A stretch of 32,000 nt of DNA from Floridaenema fluviatile BLCC-F154 (GTDB taxonomy: Bacteria; Cyanobacteriota; Cyanobacteriia; Cyanobacteriales; Aerosakkonemataceae): contig NZ_JBHFNS010000031.1 in the NCBI RefSeq assembly GCF_041929135.1, positions 1 through 32,000 on the forward strand. Reading direction: 5' to 3'. Below, one piece after another: positions 17,951 to 25,936 of the stretch; position 1 is the stretch's first letter, and each line of letters begins with the position of its first letter. The notes beneath the pieces are model-generated. The model saw nothing but the letters and a program-made list of their open reading frames with translations, searched no databases and was not told where the DNA came from. Position numbers and translations under genes: made by a program.

Positions 17951-18355
17951 TTAGTTAAACCACTGTAGCCAATGAATTAATCTTGCAGAAGACACTTCAT
18001 AATCTACAGCATAATCATCACCTTTTTGATGATAAATATGAGCTTTTTTATCAGAATTTGCGGGACAGAATAAGTGAATAGCACAATCTTTATCTCGGTT
18101 TGACCAATCGAGAGTAATTCCGCCGAATTCATCTGTAGAAACCCAAGCTTTAGGGAAACTATTACCCATAATTTCGTATGTCTCTAAAACTAAGTTCATA
18201 ACTGTCTTAAAAGCGTAGTCTGTTGGCTGCAAAACACCATAATCATCTTCTGCTTCTAAATCTAAAAGTTCCAAAATTCTTTTCACAGTAATAGTAAAGT
18301 TTGAAAAATCACTGTGACTACTGCTATCAGAAAGTATATCCTTGGATAAAGCCAT
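17951..18355 (-). CDS. hypothetical protein (134 aa)
   Basis: Clean ORF divergent from the helicase gene. No recognised motif. Confidence 0.5.
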   Translation of the reverse strand: MALSKDILSDSSSHSDFSNFTITVKRILELLDLEAEDDYGVLQPTDYAFKTVMNLVLETYEIMGNSFPKAWVSTDEFGGITLDWSNRDKDCAIHLFCPANSDKKAHIYHQKGDDYAVDYEVSSARLIHWLQWFN

Positions 18356-18462
18356 AGAAATACCTGAACTATTACAAATAACAGGGTAACACAGACAAAA
18401 CTAGTTACAAATTGCCACTATACACTTAAAATTAACGAGGGGAATCACAGTTTTAGATAATA

Positions 18463-20094
18463 ATGCCTCGTACTCCTACTTTAACTTTCGATCGCGGCAC
18501 CTTAATCCTACATCCACCACCAAGAGGCAAAAGCTGGGTGGAATTTGCTACTTGGGATGACAGAGTAGAAAAATTTCGCATTCCGGCTATTCATTACCGT
18601 CCTTTGGTAGAAGCTTTGCAAGCAGAAGGAATTAACTTTATTGATGAGGCAAAAGAATTTATACCTTTGCAATTAGTTCCGAGTTTAGAAATGGAACCTT
18701 ACCCTCATCAAAGTGAAGCTTTGGAGGCGTGGAAATTAGCAGGAAGAATGGGAGTTGTTGTGCTTCCAACTGCTGCGGGAAAAACTTATTTGGCGCAATT
18801 AGCAATGCAAGCTACGCCTCGGAGCACGTTAATTTTAGTGCCAACTTTGGATTTAATGCACCAATGGTATGCACATTTAGTGGCGGCTTTTCCTGATGCG
18901 GAAGTTGGTTTGTTGGGAGGTGGATCGAGGGATAAAAGTCAAATTCTTGTTGCTACTTATGATAGTGCGGCTATTAATGCGGAAAGTTTAGGAAATCGCT
19001 ATGCTTTGTTAATTTTTGATGAATGCCATCATTTACCTACGGAGTTTTATCGGGTGATTGCGGAATTTGCGATCGCACCCTACCGTTTAGGACTTTCCGC
19101 AACTCCCGAAAGAACCGATGGCAAACATAAGGAATTAGATACTTTAATTGGCACAGAAATTTACCGGAAAACACCCGAAGAATTAGCGGGGAAAGCTTTA
19201 GCCGATCATCAAATTATTCCGATTAAAGTTAAGTTATCTCAACAAGAAAGGGAAAGATATAATGAATTAATGAAAGTTCGCAATGACTTTTTGAAAGCCG
19301 AAAAAATTCAATTGGGAAGTCTGGAAGGTTGGCAAAGATTTGTGATGGTGAGTGCGCGATCGCCAGCCGGAAGACGTGCTATGCTAGCCCATAGAGAAGC
19401 CAGGGAAATTGCTGTGGGAACTGACGGGAAAATTCGCGTTTTAGCTGATTTATTAGCTGAACATTTTCCCGAAAGAACGTTGATATTTACGACAGATAAC
19501 GCCACAGTTTATCGCATTTCTCAAGAGTTTTTAATCCCAGCAATTACTTATCAAACTCCTGTGAAGGAAAGACACGAAATTTTAACTCGGTTTAAGCAGG
19601 GAGAATATAAAAGTTTAGTTGCTTCTCACGTTTTAAATGAGGGGGTTGATGTGCCAGCTGCTAGTATTGCAATTATCCTTTCTGGTACTGCTTCGCCAAG
19701 GGAATATATTCAAAGATTGGGGCGAATTTTGCGTAAGGGTGGTGATAATAATAAGCGGGCAATTTTGTATGAGGTGGTGACGGAAGATACGAGTGAGGAA
19801 AGGGTTTCGCAGCGGAGAAAGGGAGAGGAATTTGAACCGCATAGACGCGAAGGACGCAAAGAAAGAGAAGAAGAGAGTAAGTTTGTTCAGTTGGAACTTT
19901 TGCCTTCTGAACCTGTTTATAAGGTTGCTGAGTCGGCGGAGGTTGGGGTTGATGATTCGGTTAAGAATCAGGGAAAATCAGAGATAAGTTATTCTAAGGA
20001 AAGTCGAAAGTCTAAGAAGAAAAATGTTACCAAGCGAGTTGCTGATTCATCGCCAAAGTGGGGAGTCGATAATCCCGAAACGTCTGAAGATTGA
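18463..20094 (+). CDS. XPB/Rad25-like SF2 DNA helicase
   Basis: Motif I PTAAGKT, motif II FDECHH, motif III LSATPERTDG (the RED-motif position reads RTD) and motif VI QRLGRILR are present. The N-terminal LTFDRGTLIL resembles the XPB damage-recognition domain. The tail beyond about residue 445 is highly charged and low-complexity. Confidence 0.85.
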   Translation: MPRTPTLTFDRGTLILHPPPRGKSWVEFATWDDRVEKFRIPAIHYRPLVEALQAEGINFIDEAKEFIPLQLVPSLEMEPYPHQSEALEAWKLAGRMGVVVLPTAAGKTYLAQLAMQATPRSTLILVPTLDLMHQWYAHLVAAFPDAEVGLLGGGSRDKSQILVATYDSAAINAESLGNRYALLIFDECHHLPTEFYRVIAEFAIAPYRLGLSATPERTDGKHKELDTLIGTEIYRKTPEELAGKALADHQIIPIKVKLSQQERERYNELMKVRNDFLKAEKIQLGSLEGWQRFVMVSARSPAGRRAMLAHREAREIAVGTDGKIRVLADLLAEHFPERTLIFTTDNATVYRISQEFLIPAITYQTPVKERHEILTRFKQGEYKSLVASHVLNEGVDVPAASIAIILSGTASPREYIQRLGRILRKGGDNNKRAILYEVVTEDTSEERVSQRRKGEEFEPHRREGRKEREEESKFVQLELLPSEPVYKVAESAEVGVDDSVKNQGKSEISYSKESRKSKKKNVTKRVADSSPKWGVDNPETSED

Positions 20095-21238
20095 TGACAG
20101 GAATTTGGAGATTGCGACGGATTTAATTAGTTGTTTTGAGGAGAATGTCGGGAAAACTCAAGGAAATTTGGATAAGCAGCTTTTGGAGTTGGAAGGTGAT
20201 AGTCCAGATTATCGTTTAAAGCGGGGTTTTGCTCATTTGTTGAAGAGTAGTTTCGCTACTTTTGAAATTGTTAGTCCTCTGGAACCGCAGGAATTACGTC
20301 AGCGAGTTTTTACTTTATCTGCACAATCAATTCCTAATCCTTTGGCATCTCAAAGGGTGTTGAATAATTTAGCCGATCGACTAACTCAGGAGTTAAATAA
20401 AGAGGTTACTTCTCAACAAATTCGCACTGGTTTATATGCAGATTTACAGGAAAATCGCATTTTGACTCAGTTCGATCCTCCTGCACCAGAAGATATTATC
20501 CATCGTTATAATATTTCGCAAGTTCAAGGAGTTTTTTATCGTGCTAGTCAGATTATAATTAATGCTCATCGTAATGTTCCGGGTGAGTATAAATTGCTGT
20601 TTCGCTATCTGAAATTGTTTCAATTAATGGCTTATATTGAAGGGGATGCCGATCACGGTTTTACTATTACTATTGATGGGCCAACTAGTTTATTTAAAGC
20701 TAGCACGAGATATGGATTGGCGATCGCTAAATTAATCCCCGCACTTTTGCACGTCACTAAATGGAGTCTCAGCGCCACTTTACAAACAAAAGATATCTAC
20801 AGCGGAAAGCAAAAAACTGGCAGATTTACCCTCAATTCTGATTGCGGTTTAGTCACTCATTATCCCCCCGGAAAACCTTACGATAGTATGTTAGAAGCTG
20901 GATTTGCTAATCGTTGGGATTCCCTAAAAACTGATTGGGTTTTAGAACGAGAAGTTGACTTAATTCCGATTCCCGGAAGTGTCATGATTCCCGATTTTCG
21001 CTTAGTTCATCCCGATGGTAGAACTTATTTATTAGAAATAGTTGGTTACTGGCGACCTGAATATTTACAAAAGAAATTTGCTCAAGCAAGAAAAGCAGAA
21101 TGTGACAATTTAATTTTGGCAGTTTCGGAAAGATTGAATTTAGAAAAAGCTGGGGTTAAAGTCAGTAACACTCCTGCCAAAATTGTCTGGTTTAAAGATA
21201 AACTTTCCCCCAAAGCAGTGTTAGAAGTTCTAGAATAA
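20024..21238 (+). CDS. DUF790 / Bax1-like nuclease (XPB partner)
   Basis: The N-terminus MLPSELLIHRQSGESIIPKRL, the ~400-aa size and the position directly after an XPB-like helicase match the archaeal/bacterial XPB-Bax1 pairing. It overlaps the helicase ORF by 71 bp. Confidence 0.7.
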   Translation: MLPSELLIHRQSGESIIPKRLKIDDRNLEIATDLISCFEENVGKTQGNLDKQLLELEGDSPDYRLKRGFAHLLKSSFATFEIVSPLEPQELRQRVFTLSAQSIPNPLASQRVLNNLADRLTQELNKEVTSQQIRTGLYADLQENRILTQFDPPAPEDIIHRYNISQVQGVFYRASQIIINAHRNVPGEYKLLFRYLKLFQLMAYIEGDADHGFTITIDGPTSLFKASTRYGLAIAKLIPALLHVTKWSLSATLQTKDIYSGKQKTGRFTLNSDCGLVTHYPPGKPYDSMLEAGFANRWDSLKTDWVLEREVDLIPIPGSVMIPDFRLVHPDGRTYLLEIVGYWRPEYLQKKFAQARKAECDNLILAVSERLNLEKAGVKVSNTPAKIVWFKDKLSPKAVLEVLE

Positions 21239-21268
21239 ATTGCATAAAGCAAATATTTGGAGGTGGCA

Positions 21269-21826
21269 ATGTCTGTGCAATTATTGAGACGCAAATTTAC
21301 AGTAACGCAGTATCATAAAATGATTGAAGCTGGTATTTTGAAAGAAGATGAACGAATAGAATTGATTAGAGGAGAAATTATCGAAATAAACCCAGTTAGT
21401 AGCAGACACGCTGCTTGTGTTTCTCGTCTTACCCAATTGTTTTTGTTCCGTTTGTCACAATCAGTAATTGTTAGCTGTCAAAATCCAGTAGAATTAGATG
21501 ATTCTGAACTTCTACCAGATATATCATTATTGCGTCGAAAAGCTGATTTTTATGAATCAGGACATCCACAACCACAGGATATCTTGTTATTAGTGGAAGT
21601 GGCAGATACGACGGTGGAAAGCGACAGAGAAATCAAAATCCCTCTCTATGCCGAAAACGGTATTATTGAAGTTTGGTTGATAGATATTAACGAACAATCT
21701 ATTGAAGTTTATCGACAACCTTCACCAAAAGGTTATCAGAATATACAAAAATTTATGCGGGGAGAAAATTTATCTATTCTCGCTTTTTCGGAAATTATTA
21801 TCAGTGTAGATGAAGTGTTGGGATAA
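21269..21826 (+). CDS. Uma2 family (DUF820) PD-(D/E)xK-type endonuclease
   Basis: FTVTQYHKMIEAGILKEDERIELIRGEIIEINPVSSRHA and EVADTTVESDREIKIPLYAENGIIEVWLID are typical Uma2 blocks. I prefer ATG 21269 over the TTG at 21257. Confidence 0.8.
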   Translation: MSVQLLRRKFTVTQYHKMIEAGILKEDERIELIRGEIIEINPVSSRHAACVSRLTQLFLFRLSQSVIVSCQNPVELDDSELLPDISLLRRKADFYESGHPQPQDILLLVEVADTTVESDREIKIPLYAENGIIEVWLIDINEQSIEVYRQPSPKGYQNIQKFMRGENLSILAFSEIIISVDEVLG

Positions 21827-21877
21827 AGTAAATAATGTAGAGACGTTGTATACAACGTCTCTACATTATTTACTTTA
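21824..21877. terminator. 54-bp perfect palindrome (27-bp arms, no loop)
   Basis: taaagtaaataatgtagagacgttgta | tacaacgtctctacattatttacttta. The left arm begins with the Uma2 stop codon TAA. Confidence 0.7.
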
Positions 21878-22149
21878 TTGTGTTCCGAATCAGAGATTAC
21901 AAACCTATTGAAGCCGCAGGGCGACAGGTGGCAGGGTAGAATATAAAAAAAATTTATTCCGTTTCAAAATAAACTAATTTAAGTAGTAACACCGATGCGA
22001 AAAGAAATAAAAAAATCAAATAATAATAAAGTGCAGATAGTAATAAATAACCTTTTTTATTGCTGTTTGTCGGTGGAACTGCCAAACCGATAGAAGAATT
22101 TATTTATAAATATCTGCTAAAAATTATCACTAATACCAAATAGCCAAAT

Positions 22150-22476
22150 ATGGGAAATTTAACTTCAACTTTTGAGGAGTTAATCACAGAAATTGCTGCA
22201 ATTAATCAAGCTTGGAAAGTATCAAAGGAACTTTCTCCTAATTTGGGTAATTCCCTAAAAGACTTAAAAAATCGCTTGCAGGTGCGGCTACTCCGCAAAT
22301 ATGCACCAGAGCGAGTTTATTTGGAATTAGACACAGCAACCGAAAGTGAAGAACCACTTTACAGTTTGCGACTTCGGCAACCTATAGGAAATTGCTGGAA
22401 TGTTGAACATTTGCCTGTGCGGGTAGCTCAAGAAATGCTATCGGATGAAGAGTTAAAGCAGTTGATAAAAGTGTAA
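22150..22476 (+). CDS. hypothetical protein (108 aa), first gene of the Zorya-like operon
   Basis: The ORF ends 20 bp before the SD/GTG start of the ZorA-like gene. No recognised domain. Confidence 0.5.
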   Translation: MGNLTSTFEELITEIAAINQAWKVSKELSPNLGNSLKDLKNRLQVRLLRKYAPERVYLELDTATESEEPLYSLRLRQPIGNCWNVEHLPVRVAQEMLSDEELKQLIKV

Positions 22477-22496
22477 CCAAATAAAGGAGAAAATCA

Positions 22497-24809
22497 GTGA
22501 ACGAATTGTGGAAAGTAGTAAACCTAGTAGTGAACCAATTGTGGAGAGTAGTAAAAACAGTCATTTATGATTTTAATTACTTTTTTGGATTAAATTGGCA
22601 GAACATTATCTTTTATTTGTTAATAGTTGGGTTGTTCGTGTTTGCTGTTAGGAAAGAATGGCGTGCTACCAAGCGGTATCAAAGAAATCAAAAGTCAAAA
22701 ATTAGTATAATAGATGACGCGCTTAAATATTTATCTAAAAACTTAACAAGGGTAAAAGGAATTGGAAGAGAAACAGTCAACTTAGATTTTGAGAACATTC
22801 CTAAACATATCCGCAAAGAAATATTTAACTGGGTAAGCGAACATCTAGCTGGAATTGAAAGAAACGGTACTTTTCAAGCGCAATTACAGTCCGGGCGCTT
22901 TGTGCTTGTACAGTATCCAACAATTCTGGAAAAGCCAGTTCCTCGTAGTTCTTTGCGCTTCATTCAAAGCATATTAATTGCACTTGGAGTTTTGGGAACT
23001 TTTTTCGGAATTCAAGTAGGACTTCGCAGCATTTCTTTAAGCGATATTGGGCAAAATAGTGGTCATTTACTTAAGTCAAGTGTCCAACTACTTGAAGGAA
23101 TGAAAACAGCTTTTTCTACTTCATTAGTTGGATTAGGATTGTCCAGTATTTTTACATTGTTTTTAGCTTTTTGTGAACGGGAAAGACAACAGGATCGCGA
23201 TCGCCTAAAAAGCCAACTAGACTCAATTACCATATTAGAAACACCGATGCGACTGTTTGAAAGAATGAATCCTGAAGCCAATTTGAAAGCTTCTCAAGCA
23301 CTTGCAAATGCAGCGGAAACAATGGGAACGAAATTTGCGGAACTGATAGAAATTCAGCGCCAATTAAGTCCGAAAGCGATCGGACAAGAAGTAGGAAACG
23401 TCATCAAACCTGTGTTGCAAGAAATTCAAGTCGAACTAACAGCATTGAGAGAAATCAAGGCAGATCAAGGTCAAGAAATATTGAAAAATTTAATCGAAGA
23501 ACAGAGAGAACAGTTAATTAAACCAATTATTACCGAACTAAGTAATAGTGCCAAGCTGACAAAACAAGCTTCCGAAGCTGTAATGGATCTAAAAAATGAA
23601 TTAGGCAGTGTTTCTCGTAGTTTATCAGAATCTATTATTACCATTGAGCGATTTCAATCCGAAACTTTGGAGAAACTGCAACAATTTGCTACTAACTTAG
23701 AAGCAATTTTAGGCGAGTTCCGAAATGATACTAAAAACGTCATGCAACAAGTAGCAACCGAAGTTAAAACTGTTGTTAATGAAAGTATTTTAGCGATGCA
23801 AAATCAGCGAACTGCTTTTGAATCTAGCGCCGAAAAAGCAGCTGCTACTTTCGCAGGAATTCGGGAAGAATTGGAAAAATCTCTCAACACTCAGGCGGAA
23901 ATTCAACAGCAGTCGATGCAACAATTTCAAAACTACATTCATGAAATTTTTGCCGAACAAAATAACAACCTGCAACAATTAGGCGAACAAAGCTCTGAAG
24001 CAATGCGCGTGCAACGTGATGCGCTGACTAAAATTGCCAAACAAACAATTAGTACATTCATCGGTATTCGTGAAGAACTAGAACAATCTCTGCAAACTCA
24101 AGCGCAAATAGAACGGGAGTTAATTCAAGAATTTCAAAACCGTTCTTTGGAAATTTTCGATCGTCAAGCTAACAATTTAAGTCAAGTTGGCAACGCCGCT
24201 TCTCAGCAAATGAATGAAGCTAAGGAAAACCTAAATTCTACTCTCAGCAATATCGATTCTGTGTTGCAAAATACCCGCTTAACAGTGCAGGGAGAGTTAG
24301 AGAATTTCCGCATAAACTATCAAGCTGCTTTGCAAGAATTCTTCAGCCAGCAAAATCAATTGTTAGAAGGAACATTAGGCGAACAACGCCAAGGATTAGC
24401 CAATGTAGTGGAAAACTTTAAGGGAGTTTTTGAAGAAGAATATCATCGACGCACAGCTTTTTTCCAAGAAATTCAAGAAACTACTAAAGTTGTCAGCAAT
24501 TTAGCTAACACAATTGGATTGAGTTCAAGTGAGAGACTAGTACAACTTAAAGAGTTAGCTGAAACTATAGGTGATGAAGCGTCTCGCGTAGATAAAGCTT
24601 ATCAGAATTTAACCGACAAGTTTAACCAAGCTTTAGGAAGTTGGAATAAAGAACTAGTCGATTATTTCCAGCGAAAATCTGAATTTGAAATGAATTTTTT
24701 CACCAAAGCAGATGCAGCGACGGAAAAAGTATGCCACCAATTATTACAAGCCGCTAACTATTTAGTAGCTGCTGAAAACACTCGCAAAGTTAACAATGAA
24801 GAACATTAA
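22497..24809 (+). CDS. ZorA-like protein: MotA/ExbB-type membrane module plus a ~540-aa coiled-coil tail
   Basis: The GTG start is preceded by AAGGAG. Three hydrophobic helices are present: IIFYLLIVGLFVFAV, FIQSILIALGVLGTFFGIQVGL and TAFSTSLVGLGLSSIFTLFLAF. The last two resemble the GLLGTVxG and TTxxGL helices of MotA/ExbB/TolQ. The rest is Q/E/L-rich heptad-like sequence with an internal 69-aa duplication. Confidence 0.7.
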   Translation: MNELWKVVNLVVNQLWRVVKTVIYDFNYFFGLNWQNIIFYLLIVGLFVFAVRKEWRATKRYQRNQKSKISIIDDALKYLSKNLTRVKGIGRETVNLDFENIPKHIRKEIFNWVSEHLAGIERNGTFQAQLQSGRFVLVQYPTILEKPVPRSSLRFIQSILIALGVLGTFFGIQVGLRSISLSDIGQNSGHLLKSSVQLLEGMKTAFSTSLVGLGLSSIFTLFLAFCERERQQDRDRLKSQLDSITILETPMRLFERMNPEANLKASQALANAAETMGTKFAELIEIQRQLSPKAIGQEVGNVIKPVLQEIQVELTALREIKADQGQEILKNLIEEQREQLIKPIITELSNSAKLTKQASEAVMDLKNELGSVSRSLSESIITIERFQSETLEKLQQFATNLEAILGEFRNDTKNVMQQVATEVKTVVNESILAMQNQRTAFESSAEKAAATFAGIREELEKSLNTQAEIQQQSMQQFQNYIHEIFAEQNNNLQQLGEQSSEAMRVQRDALTKIAKQTISTFIGIREELEQSLQTQAQIERELIQEFQNRSLEIFDRQANNLSQVGNAASQQMNEAKENLNSTLSNIDSVLQNTRLTVQGELENFRINYQAALQEFFSQQNQLLEGTLGEQRQGLANVVENFKGVFEEEYHRRTAFFQEIQETTKVVSNLANTIGLSSSERLVQLKELAETIGDEASRVDKAYQNLTDKFNQALGSWNKELVDYFQRKSEFEMNFFTKADAATEKVCHQLLQAANYLVAAENTRKVNNEEH

Positions 24810-24811
24810 TT

Positions 24812-25477
24812 ATGTTTAATTTCACTGACTTACAACAACAAGATCTAGAGGAAGAAGAATCGAGCGTTTTCCTATCAATTGGCGATTTAATGTCAGGTTT
24901 ACTGATGATTTTTGCCCTGCTATTCGTGACAGTTCTTGTTCAGCTAAAAGATCGAGAAGAACCACGTCGGGTTGTAATTGGTACTGTAGTTGAACAGATG
25001 AAAGGTAATAACATTAATGTGGAAGTTAACCCGGAAACTGGCGATGTCAGCATTCAGGATAAGATTCTTTTTGATGAGAATAGTGCTGAATTAAAGCCCG
25101 CAGGTAAGTTATTTCTGCAAGAATTTATTCCGGTTTACAGTCGCGTCATTTTTTCTAAAAAAGACTTTGAAAAAGAGATTGCGAGAGTGGTTATTGAAGG
25201 GCATACTAGCTCGAAAGGAGATTATAATAGCAATTTGCAATTGAGCTTATTACGATCGCTCTCTGTAGCTAAATTCATCTTCTCCAATGAACTAGATTTT
25301 TCCACAAAATCAGAATTGAGAACAAAAATTATGGCAGCAGGGCGAGGGGAAATGGAAGCTAAACAAGAACAAGATGATCCTAGCGATCGCAAAGTAATCT
25401 TCCGCTTCCAATTTCGCGGTGAAAACTTCTCAGAATGGTATCAAAAAACTGAATCTTTCCAAAAACAAAAACCATGA
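24812..25477 (+). CDS. ZorB-like protein: MotB-type TM helix plus an OmpA-like peptidoglycan-binding domain
   Basis: It starts 2 nt after the ZorA-like stop. The TM segment FLSIGDLMSGLLMIFALLF carries the conserved Asp. The OmpA-like region has ILFDENSAELKPAG, VVIEGHTSSKGDYNSNLQLSLLRSLSV and DRKVIFRF. Confidence 0.8.
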   Translation: MFNFTDLQQQDLEEEESSVFLSIGDLMSGLLMIFALLFVTVLVQLKDREEPRRVVIGTVVEQMKGNNINVEVNPETGDVSIQDKILFDENSAELKPAGKLFLQEFIPVYSRVIFSKKDFEKEIARVVIEGHTSSKGDYNSNLQLSLLRSLSVAKFIFSNELDFSTKSELRTKIMAAGRGEMEAKQEQDDPSDRKVIFRFQFRGENFSEWYQKTESFQKQKP

Positions 25478-25532
25478 GACTTCATTATAATTATGTTTTA
25501 ATTAACCCTACGAAAATACATTATTTAAAACT

Positions 25533-25910
25533 ATGGAGAACGAAGGAGGACAAGTTAGCCGTAATCAAGTTGATGAAATTAAGGCGATCGCCGAACAATA
25601 CGACATAGGAACTTGCTTGCAATGTGCTGCGGCAATTAAATCATACTTGAAATCTCAGCAAATTAAAGGCAGACATATCAGAGTCGAGACTCTTTCTCCA
25701 AACGGATTACAAGGAATTATTTACGATGATGACACAAACCAGCAGATTGCCACCAATGGATTCCATGAAGGAATTGCGATCGACATCGAAGGAGTGGAAA
25801 AAGTTTTTGATAACCTGTACCATGAAGGAAAGCCGATAAACGAATGGTTACAAGATTTAGTCGTTATCTCTGGCAATCAGCTTAATCTCATAAACAAAGA
25901 ACAATTTTAG
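25533..25910 (+). CDS. small papain-fold toxin-like protein (Tox-PL-2-like), 125 aa
   Basis: The pattern GTCLQCAAAIKSYLKSQQIKGRHIRV ... ATNGFHEGIAI ... VFDNLYHEG ... EWL matches my memory of 'papain fold toxin 2' domains, with Cys at a helix N-terminus, then His, then Asp/Asn. Unverified. Confidence 0.5.
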   Translation: MENEGGQVSRNQVDEIKAIAEQYDIGTCLQCAAAIKSYLKSQQIKGRHIRVETLSPNGLQGIIYDDDTNQQIATNGFHEGIAIDIEGVEKVFDNLYHEGKPINEWLQDLVVISGNQLNLINKEQF

Positions 25911-25936
25911 GAAAAAATTCCAGAAAAAGAGGTAAT

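Noticed and set aside
25474-25608. 44-codon ORF (MRLHYNYVLINPTKIHYLKLWRTKED…) starting at the ATGA overlap with the zorB stop
   Set aside because: Only its first ~11 nt resemble the ZorC-like start, and it overlaps the toxin-like gene out of frame. I interpret it as a vestigial start site, used as evidence in the rearrangement finding, not as a gene.
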